A stretch of DNA of 63,932 bases, filler included, from Octopus bimaculoides (Eukaryota), in assembly GCF_001194135.2 (NCBI RefSeq). It is 5 parts of 5 records of this genome, joined end to end, with 100 filler letters (N's around TTAATTAATTAA, not from the genome) between each part and the next. Parts side by side here need not be neighbours in the genome. Positions count along the whole stretch, not along the records: positions 19,526 to 31,562 come from NC_068981.1; positions 31,663 to 62,770 come from NC_068987.1; 3 more parts are not named here. The stretch is one strand, 5' to 3'. The position numbers and the translations under genes were made by a program. Positions 26,733 through 39,616 of the stretch are shown here, piece after piece (position 1 is the stretch's first letter; every line of letters starts with the position of its first letter). The notes beneath the pieces were generated by a model. The model saw nothing but the letters and a program-made list of their open reading frames with translations, was not told where the DNA came from and ran no database searches.

Positions 26733-26763
<31 letters not shown>

Positions 26764-27181
26764 TGATATAAAGATATATTCATGGAGATATATATATACA
26801 GGCACATAGCTGCACATATATATATGTGTGTGTATGTCTGTGTGTATGTATATATATATATATATACATACAGCAAGTAAGAGAAAATGGAGAGGATACA
26901 AAACTACATGCATCAGCTGGTAGACATTCCAGTGTGTCTATTTATTCAAAACTATTATAAAATATTAGAAAAGCACATACACATGCAGTAACTATGTGTT
27001 ACACAGAGATGTATTAATTAATATTAACCACTTTTTACTCCCGCCCATATATGACTCTCAAGTGCGAGATTGCCACGCAATAACCACCATTTGGGTATGA
27101 ATAATTGGGTACACTACCAGCAGTATATCGGATAGTTACTATTCCGTAGTTGCTTCGCTTCCCAACGTCTAACTCTCACAG

Positions 27182-27214
<33 letters not shown>

Positions 27215-27478
27215 NNNNNNNNNNNNNNNNNNNNNNNNNNNNNNNNNNNNNNNNNNNNNNNNNNNNNNNNNNNNNNNNNNNNNNNNNNNNNNNNNNNNNN
27301 NNNNNNNNNNNNNNNNNNNNNNNNNNNNNNNNNNNNNNNNNNNNNNNNNNNNNNNNNNNNNNNNNNNNNNNNNNNNNNNNNNNNNNNNNNNNNNNNNNNN
27401 NNNNNNNNNNNNNNNNNNNNNNNNNNNNNNNNNNNNNNNNNNNNNNNNNNNNNNNNNNNNNNNNNNNNNNNNNNNNNN

Positions 27479-27533
<55 letters not shown>

Positions 27534-27589
27534 AGAGAGAAGGAGAGAGAGAGAGAGTCATCACATAATTTATCTATGACCGAGTAGAC

Positions 27590-28545
27590 CTAGATGATGT
27601 GCAGTTTGTCCAGGAGAGGTACCACAAAAGCAATCGCCCAAGTGAGGCAACTGCAGGAAAAGCATTTGTTACGAATAAAGCATAATTCCTGGTTTTCGTT
27701 GATTGGGAATAGGCGTTTGATAGCATACCACATTCAGCAATTTGGTGGGCACTGATGACTGTGTATGTAATCGAATGACTTGTAAGGACTGTACAATCTA
27801 CGTACTAAGATGCAGTCAGTGAAATGAGAATCGACAATAATTTCAGTGACAAATTTACAGTGAAGTTAGTAGTTCAGCAAGTTTCACTCCTCTCCAATTC
27901 AATGTGGACCCACGCACTACCACAGAAGAGTTTAAAGGCTGGCTGTCTATGGGAACTTCTATATGCTAATGATGCAGCTCTCGTAGCTGAATCTATGGGG
28001 GAATTGGAGAGAACATTCCAGACATGGAAGCCGAACCTAGAATCGACTGCTCTCAAGATAAACTTCGGGGAATTGGTCTTGCTTGACGTGCAAGAAAAGA
28101 ATATGTGTAAACAGCATACTCTGTAGCCAACGTAAGCTATGAGCACACAAAAGATCTAGGGAAATTACAGGCAGGATAACAGAGAAAGGATGCTTCATAT
28201 GTGACAGTTGGACATATGAAAAAGATTCTCTTGAATGACTGAATGGCTGACAAGCAGCAGTCAATAGCTTTTGTTACTTAGGTGACATAATTAACAGAAG
28301 AGGCTGTTGCTCCGAAAGTATAGTAGTCAGGGTAAACACATGTTGGAAAAAGTTCTGGGTGTTTCTACTGCAGCTGGGAACAAAAGTCTTTTCCATCAGA
28401 GTGAAAGACAAACTGCTTGACGTATGTGCTTGAACTGCAATTTCGCATGGTAGTGATACAGGGGCTTTTGAATGTAGAAGACTTTAGCAGACAGGAAAGA
28501 AATGAAGCGAGCATGATCCGTTAGATGTATATGTGTATATATGAC
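27590..28545 (+). mobile_element. RTE-clade LINE reverse transcriptase remnant
   Basis: Degenerate FVDWE*AFDSIPH, ELLYANDAALVAES (YADD-like), downstream ERNEASMIR-like segment. Many stops and frameshifts. Confidence 0.85.
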
Positions 28546-29386
28546 GCAGTAAATAATGGATCTCTTCTAAAATGCGAGCAGCCATATTGTTCCTATACAG
28601 CAAGAAACCTATTCTGGTCTGACCATTTCTACTATGCCTTAAAGTTTCATCTCTTAACATAAACCCCGCTCTCTCGGGTTCGTAGTCTCGCATGTTGACC
28701 TCTCTACTAGTGATAGTGGTTCGAAAAAGAAAAAAAAGTACACAGTTTACGTTGTAAAATGACTGACGTTAGGAAGGGAATCCAGCTGAAGAAACCATGT
28801 CAAAATAGAAAATGGAATCCAATGTAATCCTTGGCCTGTCGTGTTCTGACAAACCATCCAATCCATACAAGCATGGAATAACGGTGATGATGATGAACGA
28901 ATAATCGGGCATCGAATAATGATGATGATGATGATGATGATCATCATCATCTATGATATATGTACGAGTAACAGATAATTTTGATACGTTTGTATGTCTA
29001 CAACTTGAGTTACGTAGATTATATCATATATTGATACTGTGTAGACTGGCTTCCCTGTTGACAGATATATTAAATAACGTGTTAAAAACACAGTATACAA
29101 ATTAGTAGCTCCAATTCTCTCAAGTGGTTATGGTCAAGCAACTGAAAAGCAAATCTGTGGTACTGAACAGAATATTTTCTATAACGATATTTCTGCTTCA
29201 GCACTTCGGCGCTGAATCTGTCTGAAATGTAATAGAAAATAGGTCAGTTTGAAAATATTGATGTCCAGATCACAAAAGCAAAGTTTGAAGGGAATAGTCA
29301 TTTCCTTTGATTTTTAGATAGAAGCAACTAGAAAATAACGCTTACAAACCAAAGACAAAATTTTTTAAATATTGCAAGTGTTATTG

Positions 29387-29448
<62 letters not shown>

Positions 29449-29718
29449 NNNNNNNNNNNNNNNNNNNNNNNNNNNNNNNNNNNNNNNNNNNNNNNNNNNN
29501 NNNNNNNNNNNNNNNNNNNNNNNNNNNNNNNNNNNNNNNNNNNNNNNNNNNNNNNNNNNNNNNNNNNNNNNNNNNNNNNNNNNNNNNNNNNNNNNNNNNN
29601 NNNNNNNNNNNNNNNNNNNNNNNNNNNNNNNNNNNNNNNNAAGTTACGGGACGTAAACACACCAGCATTGTTTGTCAAGCGATGCTGATGGAACAAACAC
29701 AGACACACAAACATACAC

Positions 29719-29763
<45 letters not shown>

Positions 29764-30880
29764 CGACGGGCTTCTTTCAGTTTCCGTCTACCAAATCCAC
29801 TCACAAAGCTTTGGTCGGCCCGAGGCTGTAGTAGAAAACACTTGCCCAAGGTGCCACGCAGTGGGACTGAACCTGGAACCATGTGGTTCGTAAGCAAGCT
29901 ATTTACCACACAGCCACTCCTACGCCTATATAATAGCAATTTACTCAAATAAATATATGCACAGTGCAGAACACTGTATCTTTTGTTTTAGTATCTCTGA
30001 AACAAATTTCTTTGCATCACTGAAACAGCTGTAAAGGTTAATCTTGCAATTTTTTCTTTCCATCTATGATTTCAATATGATTTAAATACCCTTGGATATC
30101 TACCTATTTATGAAAGTTTACAATTTCAAATTTATGTTTCGTAATTTTAAAATCTATTAATTACTTCAAAAATATCTTTAAAAGAAACACGAATGAAACT
30201 AACCTTAAAAAGAAGTGTTCATATGTGAAGCGCTTTCGCCGTTTACAGGTTTTCAAACACACGTGTTATTCTGTATTTTTTTAAAACATTTTTTAATATA
30301 ATCAATAATTGTTAATTTTAAGAAAAGCTTTCTTCAAATATTTATCTATATTTGCGCGTGTTCACGCACACACACATCTATATATATATTACATATATAT
30401 AGATATCCTCCGTCAATTTTGGCAATGAGTAATCCCAGATGATTGACCAAGTGAACTACCCTTACTACATTTATGATCATGTAAGTGGCTAAACGATTAT
30501 ACTTCATAGACACGTGTATCCTTAACGTAATCCCCACGATCCCACGGCAACACTTTTCATGTCGCGTACAAGCTACGCAAGCGACGCTTGCCTGTTGTTA
30601 CCAACTTCGGTTAACAGTTAAACTACTTGTGGCGAGCCAACAAGATGAACTCCGCTCACACACACACACTCTCTCTTTGTCTGTCTCTCTCTCTTTTTCT
30701 CTCTCCCTCATCATCTCAGATGATCTTCTGAGGTGTGCTGCAACACCTACCTACCCGATCTGCTGGCACCACTTCCCCATACACAGTGTAAGTGTGCGTG
30801 CGTGTGTGTGTGTGTGTGTGTGTGTGCGTGCGCGCGGAGAGAGTATGTGCGTCTGTCTTTGAAAGTGAGTGAATGCTCTC

Positions 30881-30912
<32 letters not shown>

Positions 30913-31354
30913 ATTTTATTCATGCATGCATGTATGTATGTATGTACACGTCTAAGAATCTATAACCAGAAAAAATACGCACTCCTATATTTGTCAATAG
31001 AGTGGGTATATTAATCAAGGTATACAGTTATATAGATCCGTTTCTGCTGATACTATCAGTAGGTTATCCAATACCCAGTTTGGTAAGAACGGCTGAACGG
31101 GACCTATAATACTACATACTCATATATACACATATCTCTCTCTTCCTCCTTGTTCCACTTCCTCCCTCTACCATCCTCTCTGCTCACGTGTGACCTGTGG
31201 TCAACTCTCTTTTCACTCCAGCCACTATAAAGGCGAGACGAACTGCTAGCGTTCTACATCAGATTCGCGTTTGGCCATACGGCTTTTTAATGTTGTTTTC
31301 CTGTCTTGGTTTGTGTTTGCCACCTTGGAATCCTCTGTTTAGTGGGTCGATCCA

Positions 31355-31450
31355 CTACTCCTGAAGAGACTATTCTAGAGTACGTTCTGCCTTATCTTCG
31401 AAACGTCTAGTTAGAATAAAGGCAGCTGACGAAGGATTTATTCCAAGTGG
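31355..31450 (+). ncRNA. Degenerate hammerhead-like motif plus a second partial core
   Basis: CUGAAGA at 31361 and GAAACGUC at 31400, with weak stem II. A second CUGACGA-A-GGA-uuuau-UCC at 31426 lacks GAAA. Confidence 0.35.
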
Positions 31451-31562
31451 CTATCTGTTTTCCTATGTGTTCGTTCCGTTGTCTGTAGTTCATTGTTCTA
31501 ACGTCCTGTACCCTGATATGCATCTATATACACATGTAGATGTAAGTATGTACATATATGTG

Positions 31563-31662
31563 NNNNNNNNNNNNNNNNNNNNNNNNNNNNNNNNNNNNNN
31601 NNNNNNTTAATTAATTAANNNNNNNNNNNNNNNNNNNNNNNNNNNNNNNNNNNNNNNNNNNN
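31563..31662. other. Artificial scaffold join
   Basis: N44-TTAATTAATTAA-N44. Confidence 0.95.
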
Positions 31663-33884
31663 TTAGTGTTAAATAAGTTATCTATTAAACATAATCTATA
31701 AAGAACCAAATGAATAATATAAAAAACAAGAATACATATTATTTTCAAATAGTAGAAAATCTTTAGCAAAGTAAAAACAGTACTTATCCATATTTCTCCG
31801 TAATTCAAACTGAAACTAAGACGTTATCTAATAGCTATAGCGTTTTAAGCAAGAGGTCGTGCGAAAATACTACGTTAAAATAATTGCTTTTAATTTTTAA
31901 TTGTTAATTTTTCTATATGTGATAGTGGATTTTCATCGATGAGTTCTTGAAACTTGGTTATTTTCCCTAAAACTATATATATATTTATTTATGTATGTAT
32001 GTATGCATGCATGCCCCTATCTTGACATCATGTGATGATTGTAAATGAACATCACCATCATAGAAGTGATATTGTTTGTTTCTATGAAGTCTTCTTTGAA
32101 AAACGTGTGTGGCCATGAGGAAATATTACCTTGTTTGGAAATAGTTGAGGATTGGTGACAGGAAGGACAACTGGCTATAGAAAATCCGCCTTAATAAATT
32201 CCATCTGACCCGTGCAAGCATGGAAAAGTAGATATTAGACAATGATGCTGATGATAAAAATATTTCACTAAAAAAATTATTGAGACATTGGATTGGCAGA
32301 ATCAGTAATGTGGCTGACAGAATCCCATGCTATATTTAGTTCCAACTTTTTACATTTTGCTGCAGTTATCTTTTTCTTTTATTCTTATTTGAGTTGGTAA
32401 AACAAGGAACAATCAGGTCCTGGGGTTGATTTAATTGACTATACCCTTCTCTTCTCTTGACCTGAGATTTGTGACTTATGCTCATATGAGAAATCAATAT
32501 TCCTTTATTTCATTGAACAACATCTGGAACCAAGAATTAAACTATTCAGATTTGTTCAAATATAATTACTGTCTTCACTTTCCATCCCTGCAGATAAAAA
32601 AAAAACACTATATATCTAGAATAGTAATGATTCATCAGACTATTAACCTCATTTTTATGTTGTGATTTATTCAACATTTTAACTATCATTGTGCATGATG
32701 AAAATAACATTTCAGTCCAGCAGTGTACAAACAGAACCCTCAAGCACATTTCAAGTGGGACACATACAATGTGTCAATAGAAACTTTGATACTTGAATCA
32801 GAATCTCTACAAGATACTAGAATTTATACATTTTTATTTATAATATAGTTTGGAGGAGGAAGTCTATGAACTTTACAGGCAGGCTTTTGCTGATTGGTGA
32901 CAACCATGTGCTCAATGCTTGGACTGAACATTTCCAAGTTTGAATCAGTAGGGAAAACGTGGACAGGGTCAAACAAATTAGGGAACTTCTAAGCACTTGC
33001 TTGACCTATTAGAAAGAGCATCTCAGATCACACCCTACCATCTTAAAGAAGGAACTATATATATTGGATAATGTTGCTGTAGATAAACTTATCATAAAAG
33101 ATGATACAATCACCACTGGAATACCTTTGTTCATGCAGGGCTGATCTGGGACCAAACCTAACAATGGGGGAAAGGAAGGAAGCAGGGTTCTGGTCTGAAT
33201 ACTTGCAATAGAGTGAACTCCATTAAAAGTATGGAAGACCTAAGCTGGTATCATGCTCCTGTAGTCTAGAACAATTGATCCTGAAAATATTTGCTCAACT
33301 GTTAAATATTTGTTCACAGTGACTCTAACACTATGTGATACAGTTATTGTCTGTTAAATAGCTATTATTTGCAACAAGTCCCTGAAGCAATAATTCATAA
33401 ATACCTTCACCTCTGAACTGACTCTGACTACTAAGAACAATTAAATACTTCACTGTTTTACTGTCTCTTTCTCTCAATCTCTCTTTTTCTCACACCCATA
33501 CTCGCGTGTGTACACTTCACACATTCTAAGCATCAACAAAAGGAGTTTGTCACTTTGTTAGAAAATTAGTGGAAATGCATTTTAATAATAACATACTTAG
33601 GTGTGAAGGCATGTGGCCTAATGGATTGGATTGGGGATTGGGTCCATAATTATAAGGTTGTGAGTTTGATTCTTGGACCAAGGGGTAGTTCATTCTTGTA
33701 GAAAATTGATGACTTTTAGAAGAATATTTATCAACATCAAATTGGATAAATTTGCATTTGGTTTTGTTTTCAATAGAGCCACCTGATGACTGCAGTATTA
33801 TTCCACAGATTGAAATTTGTAGATCACTTCATATTAGTGTCTGCTCCTTCAAAGATTATTTTACAATACCAAAATTACTTTATA

Positions 33885-34365
33885 ATTGCATGAAATCATA
33901 TGAAGCTATAAAATCCTATGTTTGCATGAAATCTTATGGTTGTATAAATTATTATGATCTGCATGATGCTTCATGATTTGTATGAAATCTTATAACTGCA
34001 TGAAATCCTATGATTTGTGTAACATTTCATGATTTGTATGAAATTTTATGGCTGCATGAAATTTTATGACTACATGGAAACTTTGCATGAATTTACATGA
34101 TTTATATGAATTCTTATGATTGGGCAAATGTTATTAGTGGAAGATATTTTATGACTGTATAGAGTCAATATTACGTTTGCTTAGAATTACATGAAATCAT
34201 ATTGTCTGCATGAAGTTTTATGATGTATAAAGTCATATGACTTGTCTGGAATCTTACATTTGGTAAAAATCTTATGATTGAGAGAAATCTTAATACTGGG
34301 AGAAATCATGATTTAAGAAATTTTATGATTGTATGAATCTTATCATTATATGAAATTTTACTAAC
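33885..34365. repeat. Degenerate ~19-20 bp minisatellite
   Basis: More than 20 diverged copies of ATGAAATCTTATGATTGT/C. Confidence 0.8.
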
Positions 34366-35079
34366 TTTCTTGTGTCTTCTTTATATCTTTAATCTTGTTA
34401 CTGCTCAAGTATCTCATTTCTCTTTCCTTTCTCTCTTTCCAGTTCTATCTGTCAACAAAATGTCAACAAACTCTATAGGCATCTACTACTACACTTGCTG
34501 TCCTGTTGTTACAGTCTAACTTCTAACAAAGTATTACTTCGGTCATAGCCTAATGCCTTTTATTGCATTTTCCCCCTGTCTGCTTTGCATCCCAGTTCTA
34601 TTCTCACTCCTCCAAATCCTTTCAACTTACCTTTTTAGCGCATATGAAAGCTCTTCTTTCCACAATCTCCTGTTGTTATATCTAAAATATGTTCCACTTC
34701 CAACACTTACTATATCCACAAACCCGAAGGCATCCCACACCTTTACTGTCAAACTCTGTGTGATTTTGAACTAGCACATGCTCCTATTTAAATTTTAAAC
34801 CATGCCATCTAGATCTCTCTCTGCCTCTCTCATCCAGAACCATCTATTTGAAAATATAGAAATATATAACTCCATCCTTCATCCCTCTTTGCTCTTCTCA
34901 GCACTAACATTCACTTCATTTCCCTCCTTTCAATGTTTCTAAAGCTGAAAAAGAAAACTGTCATTGAAGAGTGTCTCTTAACAACACTGATTTTCTGCTC
35001 CTTAGTGAGCAACAACTATATCTTCCAAAGGCCAATGTCTCTGCGTGACCTGGCTCTCACAAAATGGACTTGACATTGA

Positions 35080-35330
35080 ACCAAGACTGTTGCACTTGAT
35101 ATTGGTAAAGGTTTTTAAGGAAATGTGATATACAAACTTCTTGGTTGAATTCTTTTCCTATATGTCACACCTAGAACTCATACATGGATGATCCCAAATG
35201 TCCCCTGTGGTCATGTTGTAATTATACATTCTTTTTTCTTGAATCTCTCAATTTCTACTCCTTAAACTTTGGCATCTTCCAAAGTTCCACAGTTTACCTC
35301 AATATTTTTCTTGTCTCACATTCAGTTATT
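35080..35330 (+). mobile_element. Highly degenerate CR1/L2-group RT fragment
   Basis: VALDIGKGF resembles ALDISKAFD, and NFGIFQSSTVYLNIF resembles NSGVPQGSVLSPTLF. Confidence 0.35.
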
Positions 35331-35379
35331 CCAACTAACCCCACTGCCCCCACCTTCTTTCTTTATTAAATACAACAGC

Positions 35380-35690
35380 AATGGGAGAAGATATGCCTGT
35401 CACCTTCTAAGGTTTTTGCTGACTGGTGAGATTGAGATACTTGATGTTCAAGTTGACTATAACCTAGAAAAGAAAATTAAGTGGGAGAAGCAGGAATTTC
35501 AAAGGGGATGCAGTTCTGAGGTAGAAGGGTTGGATGAAAAAGATCCAGAAGGTAAGACATTGTAAGGATGACCAAAAGAGGAATAACAGTGTGGATGGGT
35601 AGAGAGGGTATGCAGCTAGCTAGTTCAGGGGTGAGAGTAGAATCCATTGCAGTAGTGATAGAGGAGGCAGAGAGGGGTATTGTGCTTGTG
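35380..35690 (-). mobile_element. CR1/L2-group LINE 3' end remnant
   Basis: Minus strand gives LCLLYHYCNG followed by degenerate C-terminal residues typical of CR1/L2 ORF2. Confidence 0.5.
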
Positions 35691-37059
35691 AGTTAGTGAT
35701 CAAATCTTTATCATTGAAGTCCTTCACCTTGTTTCTGATGCATGTCTGTCAATTTTATATTGTTCGACAACACCAGATTGTAAATGTTATTTATTTCAAA
35801 GTAGCAGAACCTTATAATTGTTCATTCCCCCATCATTTTCTATCTGTAACCTTCAACTTCATACCACTCGTTTTCACTAGGACTCGCCAAATGAAGAAGC
35901 CCCTACATAGCAACATTAACTGCTAAAAGTATCAGCTAAATTTCTTACAAATTATACTTTCTTGTCTTAAAGCAAAGGGAGGAATGAATATTGGATAATG
36001 TTGTCCTAAATATATTGTCTGGAAAAAAAAAATAGACTAGATGGTCATGACTGGAACATCTTTGATAATAGATTGGCTGGGTCAGGACTAATCTGCGGCA
36101 AACAATAATGTGAACCTAGAAATATTTGGGACCTTAATTTAAAGCATCTAAGTATAAAAAGGACTTGGGTTTCTCTTGAGCTCCAAACAGCTGTGAATAC
36201 TCTACAAAGCCTAAATCATCATCATCGTCATATTTGCTTTTCCATGTTGGCATGGGTTAGACAGGTCTACTTCATCTTGTTCTTTCACCACTCGATACAG
36301 TCCCAGGTCATTTCATGAGAGCCAGCATCTTAAGATCAGCCTTCACCATATCTTCCAATATCTTTTGCATTCTTATTCTTCCATGTATTCATTCTCTATG
36401 GATCACTTAACTTCTCTGATCCAAACATCGTCCTTCATATGCATCATCAGCACAGCTTTGTTTCTAGCATGCTGTAGCTGATTTCTTTAATGCCTTTCTT
36501 TGTATCTCAACTCATCTGTGCTCAGTCTACCCAACACGTTTCACAGTATAATCTTGACTTTTCTCTCTACTATAGCTTTCTAGTACCATTGACATCACCC
36601 TAAACTACTTAATAAATATAAACTCAACCATTGATCAGTAAAACTCCCCTGACAAAGGATCTTTACTCCTCAGTCCTACTGTTGTAACTTTGATGTTGAT
36701 GTTTTACCTCGAGTCTGTTCTGACGGAGCAGACCTATAGTCAAAAATGCCCCAGTCATCACCATCCTTTCTTCTCTTTACTTGTAGGATTACATTATCAA
36801 ATCTATCCTTCATTGATAAATACAGTATTGCGTGATGATGTGAAGATTATTTAATCAAGTCTAGCAACTTTGTAGTGGCTCATGGTGCTGTTGTTGGTTT
36901 ATTGTAAGGACTTCTTCTTCTACCTTTTAACCCTTTCCCTTCTTCTGATTCCTGCTTTTTTCCAGTTTTTCTCTTTATTCCTTCTCCATCTTATTACAGA
37001 TTCGCTTTCTCTCATTTTCTTCATTCTTTCTTCATCACATGATTTATTCTAGTCAATTT

Positions 37060-37101
<42 letters not shown>

Positions 37102-37574
37102 ATCAGATCATCAAACACAATACCTTTTTGTATCTATTGTGACTTCTTGCAGTTCAAATCTTTCTCAAGGTGAATTTTCCTTTTCATCCTTTCAGGTTCA
37201 ATAAATATAGTACCTGTCTAAAACAGATATAATTATTAGAGCCTTGGACAGGATGTTTTGGGGTATTCATTCCAGTTCTTTACATTCTGAGTTCAAATCC
37301 CACTGTGGTCTACCTGTGTATTAGATTTAATCCATCATTTGGTCTAAAACCAAGTACTGGAGTTTATTTAACTCTACTCCTTTAAAGCATTTCACTTTTC
37401 GCCAATTTTAGACTAGCAAGATTCAGCCTCTTACACCTACCCTACAATGTCATTATAAAAATAAACAATCACATAATCAAAATCTTAAAGCTACAAGATA
37501 ATGCATAATTATTTCAAAACAATGTGAATGAATAAGCATTACATTTGACAAACTAATCTGAATGATAAAGGGTT

Positions 37575-38045
37575 AAGGCACTCAAGCCACCATACTGGAG
37601 TGGACCTTGTGGTTATTTTCAACCACATGGTTTGGGTCTAAGTTGCACTGTGTGGCTTCTTGAGCAAGTGTCTTCTGCTATAATACCAGTCCAATCAAAG
37701 CCTTGTAAGTGAATTCTGCAGACAGAAACTGAAAGTAGGTTATCAAATGTATGCATGTGTGTGTGTGTGTGTGTGTGTGTGCATACATATGTCTGCATAT
37801 GTTTACGTTTCTATGTCTTGACATCATGCAATAGTTGTAAATGAGTGTAACCATCATAAAACTAGTGTCATTCATATCCAGTCTTCTGTGAAAACATGTC
37901 TGGCCATGTTTAATATTACCTTGGAAATAGGCGAAATTTGGTGACAAGAAGGGTATCCGACCATAGAAAATCTCAGCTTCAACAAACTCATCAGACCTAT
38001 GCAAGCATGAAAAGGAGGATATAAAGACATTGGCGACGGTGATAG
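37575..38045 (+). mobile_element. SINE with family C head and alternative 3' module (tail type 2)
   Basis: Family C head to gaaactgaaag, (TG)n, then cttgacatc...gaagggtatccgaccatagaaaa...catgcaagcatg. Same layout at 49520-49935. Confidence 0.7.
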
Positions 38046-38383
38046 GGATAAAAGCAGTTTATATAGAATAAGAGACAAAATGACTTTACGTATTTAGATA
38101 TGACCTATCTCTGTCAAGTTTGACTTTACTTTCCATTCATCCAAGGTCATTAAAATAAATACTAGTCATTAGTCATATATTAGAATCAACTAAATTGATT
38201 TGTGCACTTCCTTAAAATTTATGGCTTTATGCCTAAATTAAATATGTAAAAACTCCAGAACGATGCCAATTTTCCTTTCATCTTTCTGGGGTTGATTACA
38301 TAAAAATGCCAGTCAAGAACTCAAGTCAATACAATTGATTATTTCCCTTTTGTCAAATTTTGACCTTGTGCTTCTGTTAGAAG

Positions 38384-39005
38384 TTATTACCTTCACCTTA
38401 GCGAAGGCACTTTTCAATCATGTTTGTTGGTTTGTTTGTCCGTGGACAAGATATCTCTAGAACCACTGGATGGAATTGCATGAAACTTTCAGGGATGTTT
38501 GGCCTCATGACTGGCACGAACTGATTAAATTTTGGGATCTAATCCTTGCTGGACAAGGATTCTGAATTATTTTTCCTTTTTTTTTTTTTTCTACTTAATC
38601 TTTGAGTGGTCATCATCATCATCGTTTAACGTCCGCTTTCCATGCTAGCATGGGTTGGACGGTTTGACTGAGGACTGGTGAAACCGGATGGCAACACCAG
38701 GCTCCAATCTGATTTGGCAGAGTTTCTACAGCTGGATGCCCTTCGTAACGCCAACCACTCTGAGAGTGTAGTGGGTGCTTTTACATGTCACCCGCACGAA
38801 GGCCAGTCAGGCGGTACTGGCAACGGCCACGCTCAAAATGGTGGCACTGGCAACGATCTTCAGGTTCATTTTTAGTATTCTTGTTTGTGAGAGCAGTCGA
38901 GTTTATTTCATTTCAGATATTCTCATTTTAAAGATCATCTCTGGCTAATCGTTGAGAGGAAGTTAGTGTTGCCTTGACAGAGGTTTGTGCTCTCAGAGTG
39001 CTCTT
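38384..39005 (+). mobile_element. Helentron-associated (HINE/DINE-1-like) non-autonomous element with a nested insertion
   Basis: 5' ttattaccttcaccttagcgaagg stem-loop, 3' sub-terminal inverted ccttgacagaggt, then short hairpin gctctcagagtgc and T-rich end. Interrupted at 38611-38862. Confidence 0.6.
38611..38862 (-). mobile_element. Short retroposon with GTGGCACGTAAAA units and (GAT)n tail
   Basis: Near-identical to 45694-45941 and to the reverse complement of 55740-55848. Confidence 0.8.
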
Positions 39006-39344
39006 ATTATTATTGTTCAAGGTGGTGAGCTGACAGAATTATTTGCACACTGGACTAGAATGCTTAGCAGCATTTCATCTGTCTCTACATTCTGTGTTCA
39101 CCTTCCACCGAGTTTGACTTTGTCTTTCATCCTTTCAGTGTTGATAAAATAAGTATCAGTTAAGCACTGGGGTCATTGTAATCAGCTTATGACCTCTCCC
39201 AAAATTACTTGCCTTGTTCCAAAATTTTAAACTATTATTATTGTCATGATTGCCATCATTATCATCTTCATCATCATCAGTGTCACTATGCAGAGTGGTA
39301 AGTTCTAGATTAATTACCTTGCAGTGTTTAGTTAAAGCTTTTCT

Positions 39345-39616
39345 TATGTTCTCACAAACGAGAATACTAAAAATGAACCCAACCACTCTCAAAAATTAAG
39401 CAAAAAAAAAAACGGAAAAATAATCCAGAATCTTTATACAGTACATGATTGATCCCAAAATCTAATCAGTTCATGCCAGTCACAAGGCCAAACATCTCTG
39501 AAAGTTTCATCTGAATCCATCCAGCGATTCTTGAGATATCTTGTCCACAGACAAACAAACAAGCAAATATGACTGTAAACAATACCCTCACCTTCGCTAA
39601 GGTGGAGGTAATAAAA
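39345..39616 (-). mobile_element. Second, truncated copy of the same HINE-like element in inverted orientation
   Basis: Reverse complement aligns to 38384-38610 plus 38863-38895 without the nested insert. Confidence 0.7.

Noticed and set aside
32-30950. Dozens of [12 protein letters not shown], poly-I, poly-N and poly-X ORFs in the supplied track
   Set aside because: Translations of TA, CA, TG and AAT microsatellites and N gaps, with no coding signal.
33783-33820. CUGAUGA...GAAA on the plus strand
   Set aside because: No stem II closing pair, no stem I, no cleavage triplet.
39246-39297. Signal-peptide-like MIAIIIIFIIISVTMQS followed by a gtaagt donor
   Set aside because: Derived from the (ATT/ATC)n tail of a family A SINE. 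No acceptor or promoter support.
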